The translations under genes were made by a program, and so were the position numbers. A stretch of 64,000 nucleotides of DNA from Takakia lepidozioides (taxonomy: Eukaryota; Plantae; Bryophyta): NCBI GenBank assembly GCA_030704615.1, contig CM060731.1, positions 9,486,001-9,550,000 on the forward strand. Reading direction: 5' to 3'. Numbering within the stretch: position 1 is the stretch's first letter; every line of letters begins with the position of its first letter. A model generated the notes under the pieces. It was not told where the DNA came from and searched no databases. It was given only the letters and a program-made list of their open reading frames with translations. Of the stretch, positions 36,737 through 45,747 are shown piece after piece.

Positions 36737-39732
36737 AATTTCACCACTGCTTTGCCTTCAGTTTGAAGGACTTAGGAGCATTGAAGGGTCAAGAGATTTG
36801 CATTGAAATGGCTACTGACACGCCAATCTTTCGGAGACCCTACAGATACAGTGACATGGAGAGGTCCTTGATTCAGATGAGATTTCAGGACCTTTGGGAG
36901 GCTGGTTTGGTGGAGCTATCTGGGGGAGAGTATGCTTGAGCCACAGTGATGCCAGCCAAGAAGGATGTCTTTGGCAATTGGACGGAGAGACGTATGTGCG
37001 GTGATTATCGGCCTGTAAATTGTCAGACCAAGTCCGATAGGTATGCCATGCCAACACCAGAGGAGATCTTTGATGCCATTGGACATGCCAAGGTCTTTAG
37101 CACGTTGGATTTACGATCCGGATATCACCAGTTGCCGATCAAGGAGGCGGATAAGCAAAAGACGTCATTCTGGGGGATCAATGAGCACGGGAAGGATTGC
37201 CTATACCAGTGGCGGTTCTTACCATTTGGGCTTAAGAACGCTCCGGCAGAGTTTCAGAGAGTCATGGACAGGATTCTAGCAGGGGTGGAGTTTGCTCGGT
37301 GCTACATAGATGACATCATCATCTTTAGTGCTACGGTGGAAGAGCATGAGAGACACCTTCAGGGGGTATTTGAGCGCTTGAGGGCGCACGGATTGAAGTT
37401 ACATCCGGGAAAGTGCAAGTTTTTCCACAACCAGATTGAGTATCTGGGTCACATGATATATCCTGGAGGATTGGGGGTACAACAGACTAAGGTAGAGTCC
37501 ATTGCACAGGTTCCACGCCCCACGGATGTGAGCCAAGTTCGAGCTTTCATGGGGTTAGCAAACTATTATAAACAGTTTGTTAAGGGATTTAGTGCCATTG
37601 CAAAGGCTCTAACCAAGCTGACCAAGGTGGACCAGGAGTGGCAGTGGGAAGATGAGCAAGAACAAGCTTTTCAAGAGCTCAAGGCGAGGTTGACCTCGGC
37701 GCCCATCTTGAGACGACCTATCAGGGGGTGTCATTTTCAGCTGCATACAGATTGGAGCATGCTGGGGCTTGGAGCGGTGCTCACACAGGTGGATGATGAG
37801 GGAAGAGAGTTCGTAGTGGCTTATGCTAGCCGCTCGAACAACGTGGCAGAGTCTAAGTACAGCTTATATGAGGGAGAATGCTTAGCTGCAGTGTGGGCCG
37901 TGGCACACTTCAAGTGCTATCTATACGACAATCTCTTCACCCTTGTCACGGATCACCAACCACTCAAGTGGCTGATGGAATCAGACAAGCTTACGGGGAA
38001 GCTTGCACGGTGGACACTCATCCTTCAAGAGTATGACTTTCAGGTTGTGCATTGACCGGGTTTGGTCAATCGCAATGCAGATAGGTTGAGTCGCAATCCA
38101 TGCACAAGCCAACAGGATGACACTGGAGCTCGGTGGCATGGTGAGATGGACCAGGAGATGGTGCCCGGATGGCATGCATCTGCATTTATGTGTATCTTGG
38201 CAGCGAAAGGCCAGGTTGGACCTGCAATAGGGATGACTATAGATCAAGTGTCTGAGGACCCTGAGGCCAGCAATGAGTAAGGTGGCACCAAAGATATACA
38301 TGAGGATTCAGTTGTGTTGGACTACCTCCGCACTGGAGACACTGCAGCCACTGTGACTGCCAAGGAGAGGGATCGGATCCTACAACGAGCCAAGAGGTTC
38401 AAGTGGGAGGGGACACACCTGCTCCGAGTATGGGGATGGTCGTGAGGATTGTGCCTCACCCAATACAGCGGGCACGGTTAGTGCGGCATGCCCATGAGGA
38501 GTTGGGGCATTTTGGGGTGCGATGCACTCATAGTCTACTGCAGGGGCAGTATTGGTGGCGTGGTATGCACACAGAGGTGCAACAATTTTGTGCTAGGTGC
38601 ATGGTGTGTGACAGGGTGCGTGCTTCATTCAACGCCCCTACTCCACAATTGCACCCTCTTCCAATCATGGGATTGGGCTACAGGTGGAGTCTTGACTTCG
38701 CAGGGTCGTTGCCACTGACCATGCGCCACAACAAGTACGTGTGGTGATGGTGGAGCACTTCTCCAAGTGGATTGAATTGGTTCCATTGCCTGATAAGGCT
38801 AGTGAGGGAGCTGCGTATGCATTCTTGGATTGTGTGCTTAGCCGATTCAGTGCTCCAGCTGAGGTACTCACGGACCAAGGGAGAGAGTTCTTGGTGGAGT
38901 TTCAGGCTTTGTGTGACAAGGCCTTGATAGACCACCGCACCACTTCTCGGGATCATCCTGAGGCCGATGGCTTGGCAGAGAGAGTTGTTCAGACAGTAAA
39001 AGGGGTTTGCGTAAGTATGGCTTGCAGAAGGGACACCTAGGAGATTGGGACCTTCAGTTACCCTGGTTAGCCATGGGCTACACGTTCAGCAAGCAAGCAT
39101 CACTTGCCTCCTTCTCACCATACTTTCTTCTCTTTGGCCGAGAGCCGGATTTGCCTACATCCATTTGCAGAGAAGCTGCTACAGTTCTTAACCTTGACGA
39201 TCCGAACGTGTAGGCACGTGCATGTGAGCAGCGTGCAGAGTTGTTCCAGAAAATTATGCCCATGGCTTTCGAGAACCTTGCCATTGCACAACATCGTGAT
39301 ACGTTGAGGTATGCTACCATACGTGGTGGGGGCTATCGTCCTGGGGTTCGGAGATTCAACCCTGGTGACTATGTCTATCTGCAGCAGACTGCTCCTACAA
39401 CCTTGGATGTGACTGCATGACGTGTTATTTTGAGGGTTCGAGAGGTCTTGCCCTCAGGCGTCTTGATCTTGGAGGGTCGGGATGACATAACTTGGAAAGA
39501 CCATGTGCGTAATTGTGCGCCATGTCACCTTTCGAATGTCGATGGCAGGATTGACCCAAACCTGGCAGTGGTATCTGCAAGTTTGAGGTGCATGTTGTGT
39601 GGGTCTGCTAGAGGGGCAGCCACCATGCTGGTGTGTGATCGATGCTCTAGAGGTTGGCATATGGGATGCTTGACTCCACCTCTTGAGATGGTTCCGGATG
39701 GGGATTGGTTATGTCCACATTGCATTGGATAG
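36737..39732 (+). mobile_element. pol of the PHD-Gypsy element: RT, RNase H, HHCC + DDE integrase, PHD finger (disrupted)
   Basis: RMCGDYRPVN, LDLRSGYHQ, YIDD, HTDWS, HEELGHFG...CMVC, WSLDFAG, TDQGREF, DGLAERVVQT and C4HC3 CMLC...CDRC...WHMGC...CPHC. In-frame stops and frameshifts; no protease motif seen. Confidence 0.95.
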
Positions 39733-39991
39733 TGGGAGTGGATACAACCATGGAAGGCTAACTAGCAACGCAAGGCTCAGCTACAGGAGACCTTGAATAC
39801 ACGAGGTCATGGCTCAAGTTCACAGATTGCAAGACGGCGACTAACGATGGGGCTACTCTTGTACTCGGCCTCTTGGTCAATAGAGTTTGAGTACAATAGG
39901 GACAGTGATAGAGGACTTAGTACGGCTGTGGCTATTACATCTTGTAGCTATCTGGAGTTAAAGGGACCTATCCACCATCTAGGGAGGCGAT

Positions 39992-40520
39992 TGTGGCAGA
40001 CTACTTTATTGTGCATATATGTGTGGTGTGGTTTGGACAACGATGTAGTTGTGTAGCAATACGTATGCGCACGACAGCTGTCAAGTTAAATAAGCACAGT
40101 GTGAAACTAACTAGAATAAAGCTAGTTATTTGTATTTAACACTTGGATTTAGGTCAAGTGTTAAATCAGGTGTCAAGTTTAGTTTGACACCTGAACCGTC
40201 TTATCTTCACGAGAGCGTCAGTCGCGCAGCTCATCTCTCTCGAGTTGAGCCTGCGCGACCGAGCTCCTTCATGCGTTTAGAAGCTGAGTGTGCTTATGAT
40301 GGGAGGATAGGTTGTTGTGGGGTGGAGTCCCCATAGCTTGGGGTGCCCCTGACTCGACTTCTATTTTAAAGAGTGATGTTGTTGGATTCATGTTGTTTCT
40401 TGTGTGAACACTGTGTTTCTAGTTTTGTCTATCATTGTGGCAGACTACTTTATTGTGCATATATGTGTGGTGTGGTTTGGACAGCGATGTAGTTGTGTAG
40501 CGATACGTATGCGCACGACA
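39992..40520 (+). repeat. 3' terminal repeats B1 (39992-40076), A2 (40079-40434), B2 (40436-40520)
   Basis: Preceded by PPT-like AGGGAGGCGA (39981-39990). B1 and B2 are 85-bp direct repeats with 2 mismatches, and A2 matches A1. Ends ...ACGACA followed by AGCA. Confidence 0.92.
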
Positions 40521-43132
40521 AGCACTTTTTTTTTGGGGCATTTTTTATTGGTCCAAATTTTGGCGGGGGAGTAGCTATGGGATGCTGGAAGCCGCAGAAC
40601 AAAATTGAGCCAAAAACAAAATCGATACGTGCCCGAAACCCCCACTGAAAGGCAATGCAAACCTATTTATTGGCTTAAAATAAAATAAAATAAAATAAAA
40701 TTGTGGAATGGCTTGAGGGGGGAGCGCATCGATGGGGAGGCAAATGATTTTTTCGTCTGTTGTGTCTCCGCACATGTGTCGCACACATATTCAAGCATAT
40801 GCGGGCAAAAAAAGGCTTCAACCACATCCGTTCAATGGGTGCAATAGCCGTGCACACATTGCAGGATTTCTTTTTCGCATTGAACAAAAACCAGATGACA
40901 AGTGAACGCCTCATTGGACAATCGAACGATTTTCGATTCATCTCGTATTACACTGGGACGTATCAGAGGGTACATTGAACACATTGGCCAAGTTTCAAAG
41001 CGAACGAAAATCATTTGGATGGGCAACCATCCGTTGGCCCATTGAACAAATTTCGATTGATCTCATATTACTCTGGGGCTTCTTACATGACACATTGAAC
41101 ATAGTGGCCAAGTCTCAAAGCGCACCAAAATCATTTCGATGGCCAACCATCCGTTGAGCCATCGAATGAATTTCGTTGATATGATATTAGTCCGGGACCT
41201 GATACATGGTATGTTGAACATAGTGGCAAAGATTGAAAGCAAACGAAAATCATTTGGATGGGCAATTATTCAATCGCCCATTGAATGAATGAGGTTTCGT
41301 CTTCGATTATACTGGGACCTGTTACATGGTATGTCTTTTGAAGCTCTTTTTGTAGTGTCTCCTGCCTCGTAATGTGGTGCTTCTCCATGTCCACTTTATC
41401 CAATATATTAATATTCTCCACCTAGAACAGATCCACATATGTGTGCAGAAATCCTTAAAAAAACAAATGACCATCTCAACTTTTATAAGCCTCATCCCCA
41501 GCTTCCAGTTTTGATGGTCATTTGTTTTTTTTAAGTTATAGCATGTGTGGATGTGTTCCAGATGGAAGATATTAGCATTGGAAAAATAAGAGTTGGAGAA
41601 GCACCTCATTACGAAGCAAGAGACATTACAGAAGACCTCAACATGTTGAACATCTGGATGAAGAACCTTGCCCATCGTCGCTTCAAAGTTCTAGCGCTTC
41701 TGAAATGATCACATGTTTGTTGGTGGAAGCAGATCTCGTAGGCCACATTGATCTCGTACCCATCGAAGACTCCCATAGGCCACATGAAATGGTTCATGTG
41801 ATACATTTTCACAAATGCGATGTGATACATTTGTGAAATGGTATCACATCAACCGGTTAATGTGACCAATGCACGTTTTCCGCACCATGGCGGAAATGTT
41901 CGTTACTTGAAAGCACAAACACAAATAATCCGTGCAAACAATCTCAAGAATCATATGTACTGCAAGGTATTTCATACTGCCGATGTTCATGTAGCAGAAT
42001 TATTTAGGAATCATTTTGCTACTCCCATGCCAACAACATCAGGTCCACTGCGACTGCCATATTCCGAATTCCGTATTAGCCACCACAGACATGAAACCAG
42101 GAACTTCGCACAAAATCTCCAATTTATTCAATTTATGGTGGGTCATGGCTGCAGCCTGCAAGCTGGCCGGGGTGGCTGATACGTCCGTTTGAACATAATA
42201 GTCTCAGAGGATGTTGGCATGAGAATAGCAAAAAGAGTACTACAGAATTCAGCTAGATGAACACCTTACCGTAAATATGATTGTTGACATTGATTGTTAC
42301 AGCTCCAATCAATAGAGAACTCGCACCATCAGTTGCGCTTCAACAGCAGTACCGGTCCCCCGAGTAAATAAAATTTCGTTGTAAATAATAAATTGCATAC
42401 GCTCGAACCTCACAAATGTCATTTTAACAAAACCGGCCGTGTATTGTGACACTGTTTGTAACTGCGAATGTTTCAATGTTTCTGACAGGGTACTGAGAAA
42501 ATGATATATTGGATCCATAGGAGTTGGACAACAAACGTTCCATATCTCATTCAACTGTGCGATACTACCATGAGTGGAATGAATAAAAAAATAATAGATG
42601 TACATGCGACCTCCGCATGTTTAAGTAGAGACCTAGTATCAAACGTTCGGAGGTCGCATGTGCACCAATTACTTTCCGATCCATGCCTCTCATGGTAGTG
42701 TCGCATAGTTGAATGAGAGGAGACGTTTGTTGTCTAACTCCTACGGAACTAATACATCGTTTTCTTATAACCTTATCCGAAACCTTGGAACATTACAAAT
42801 ATAAACAGTGAGCCAGTACACAAACCATTTACGTTGCGATGACAGGTGTCAGGGTCGAGCATATGCAATATAGTTTTTACAATGGGACTTTATTTATTAC
42901 ATGCACGATCAAAATTGAGTTATGTCTTCATAAAATAACCATTGTACCGCCAGAAATATCATATCTACGAGATTATGGTCTACTCCGTCTTATATACGTC
43001 TTTCGGCTCAGGCCAATTGAATGGCTTGCCCATGAACCGAAGTACTACATGGGCTAATGTGACTCTCTCATTCTTGTTGTTGTCGTACAACCTTTGTAGC
43101 ATTGAATGCCAACAACCTCCCGTAAATTGGTC

Positions 43133-44394
43133 CTAAAACATACTTTGATCATAATGAACGCCGCCATTTATTCGTACCGCTATCTTCCCAATGGCAAATG
43201 CCTCCGACATCATGTTCTTGGGGGGGGGGGGTGACATTCGCATTGAAAACCGATGCAATATCTTTTTCCACCCACCATCTTTTCGCGAGTTCCCGGTCCA
43301 GCTTGTCTTGGTTTTCAAACTGGTACGGCGAGGCTTTGCGTATGCCCAATGGGGTGGCTAAGCCCCAATCACACACCCCAATCTTGATCTCCTCGGTGCC
43401 ATCTGGAAAATGCAACAAGATGTTGTCGGGGGACAAGTCGTTGTGCAAGACACCGTTCTTGTGGACAACATCCATGATGCACACCAGTGCCCATGCAAGT
43501 TTACTGCGCACTTTTCGGAAACAAAGCAAGCGATCGCATTCCTGGAACTCTGCTTCCGTTCCCCTTTGTTCCAAAATCATCTTGTTGTCCGAATCGTTGC
43601 CCCATTTTCTGTCAAGGTTCATCATGTCACGCATTGTCCCCCCATTCCACTAGCGAGTGTAACCCTCTACTTCACGTGCATTCACAGCAAAATACGAGAT
43701 AACACCCGGATGCTGGAACTTCAATGCCAAACACTCGTCGTTATGTTGTCTCAACACATTTTCTGGATTTTTGGACTTGGGTTTTTTTCCCGCTAGTTCC
43801 CAACGTTCCGGTATTCTAGAATCGCCAACAATCCTACAGTGACGGACCTTAGCATATCCTCCTTCTTTATAAGGGCCAATCTCTACCACCTGATGACCCC
43901 GCCTTCCAAGGGACAACCCTAGTCCGACGATGTGAATTCTGACTTGCCGAGTAAGCCCAATACTCAATAAGCCGCATTAACTCAGCTTCAGCGGAGGGCA
44001 CTCGACCCTCGGTTGTTCTACCCTTCCATGTCTTCATTAGCTGCCTCAAATTCCACGTGGCGTCTTTTGCGCTACTTTGGATCCACCGATTGAACTTCGG
44101 CTTGTCCCTGTCCGCCGTCCACTTAACCCCCCCCAAAGCGTTTGTCATTTTTCTCTCCATATTTTGCTGGAAAATCTGAAACCCCTCCCATCCATGCCTA
44201 ACATAAACACTCTCCGGCCTCATCATGTCCATACCCTTGAAATAATCCGCTACCATTTCTTTCACCCTATCCAAGGCATCCGGTCCCGGGTAGTCTGGCT
44301 TGTTGACCTGGCTATCCCGCTCGTGGGCACGTTTTCTCTTTCTCCGCCCCCCAGACGATCCTGTCCCAGAACTTGAATTCACAACCCCCAACAT
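43133..44394 (-). pseudogene. Intronless protein kinase gene carried by the hAT (disrupted)
   Basis: Gly-loop EGGYAKV, LAGKKPK, alphaC ECLAL, HPGVI, catalytic HNDLSPDNILL and DWG in place of DFG. One stop and two frameshifts. Confidence 0.85.
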
Positions 44395-45039
44395 TGTATA
44401 AACCTTTGCTCACTACGGGGTCCAAAACCTCAGAAAAATGCGTGTGGATGGTGTCTTCGTAGTTTTCTGCAAAAAAACAGGCCGCCGGAGATCCGGAAAT
44501 GGCAAAATGGTGATACGATGATTGTACCGTGAACAAGTGTGTGGGACTGACCAATAGAAAACCGACAAAACCTCCCCCCCCAAATAATCACCTTTGCACC
44601 TCCCGTTGGTAGTGCCAAGCAACGAAGTCCGAAAGGACTACAGGATGCCAAGGAACCACACCACAAGAGGGGCAAAAGTGATCAGAAAAGGAGGGGGGAA
44701 TGGTTTATATAGGCGCCCACCACCCCCCCCCCCCCCCCCCCCCCAAAAAAAAATGGCATTATGCTTGAAAAGGCGCGACATGCCAGTGGCGCCTCACCAC
44801 GTGTCAGTGCGGCACGACTGGCCAGTCGCACCTCGCCACGCGCACCCACATGGGAGAGGTCAAGGGTTCAAAAGCACCTCCCCCCATCCCATTTGTTTCG
44901 TCTTTCCTGACCCGTGGCACCTCGCCACGTGGCTGGCCGAGGCGCCGCTCCATGATTAAAAATAAAAAACAAAACGCCACACGGCGGGTCCCTGGATTTC
45001 TAAGAAAAAAAACACGCGACCGTTTTTTAAAGTGTAATA

Positions 45040-45570
45040 AAATACAAGCGATTGCCATGGGCGGTCGCTTCATTTAAAAATAAATAAATTACGGGCAACC
45101 GCCAATATGGGCGGTCGCTTAATTTAAAATAAATAAATTACGGGCGACCGCCAATTTGGGCGGTCGCTTCATTTATAAATAAATAAATTACGGGCGACCG
45201 CCAATATGGGAGGTCGCTTCATTTATAAATAAATAAATTACGGGCGACCGCCAATATGGGCGGTCGCTTCATTTAAAAATAAATAAATTACGGACGACCG
45301 CCAATATGGGAGGTCGCTTCATTTAAAAATAAATAAATTACGGGCGACCGCCAATATGGGCGGTCGCTTCATTTATAAATAAATAAATTACGGGCGATTG
45401 CCAATATGGGCGGTCGTTTCATTTATAAATAAATAAATTACGGACGACCGCCAATATGGGCGGTTGCTTCATTTAAAAATAAATAAATTACCGGCGACCG
45501 CCAATATGGGCGGTCGCTTTTAATAAAAATAATAATTTATATGTGACCGCCAATATAGGCGGACTCATTT
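45040..45570. repeat. 50-bp tandem array (~11 units) of the GCGACCGCCAATATGGGCGGTCGC palindrome
   Basis: Unit AAATAAATAAATTACGGGCGACCGCCAATATGGGCGGTCGCTTCATTTAT recurs at 50-bp steps (45143, 45193, 45243...). Confidence 0.95.
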
Positions 45571-45747
45571 TTTAAAAAGAATTAATAAATATTAATAATT
45601 GGCCACGTCTGTTTTACACTTTGGCTGCCATATCATTACAAAGGGTAGAAGTAAATCGTAAAAGTCAAATGTAAAAAAAGTTACGGATTCGACGTGACGT
45701 GACGGCGGACGTGTCAGCGCCACGTCACGTCAGGAATGATAACTAGG

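Larger units (their letters stand above)
40521..45747 (+). mobile_element. Giant hAT transposon, right arm
   Basis: Terminus ATGATAACTAGG (45736-45747) followed by TSD ACTGTAAG (45748-45755). Shares the 120-bp repeat and the palindrome motif with the left arm. Confidence 0.85.

Noticed and set aside
24710-40434. Long inverted repeats read as TIRs of one 15.7-kb element or a DIRS-type ITR element
   Set aside because: They become direct repeats with a matching TSD once the inversion is undone, and several independent junctions support that inversion.
36737-40520. Classification as a Ngaro/PAT tyrosine-recombinase element
   Set aside because: pol has HHCC and DDE integrase motifs, TG...CA ends and a TSD; no recombinase ORF was seen.
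40079-40520. A2+B2 read as a normal 442-bp 3' LTR
   Set aside because: The 5' copy lacks B and is followed directly by the PBS-like site, and the PPT precedes B1 rather than A2.
45040-45570. CRISPR-like array of palindromic repeats
   Set aside because: The spacers are near-identical A/T linkers, there are no cas genes, and the context is a eukaryotic transposon.
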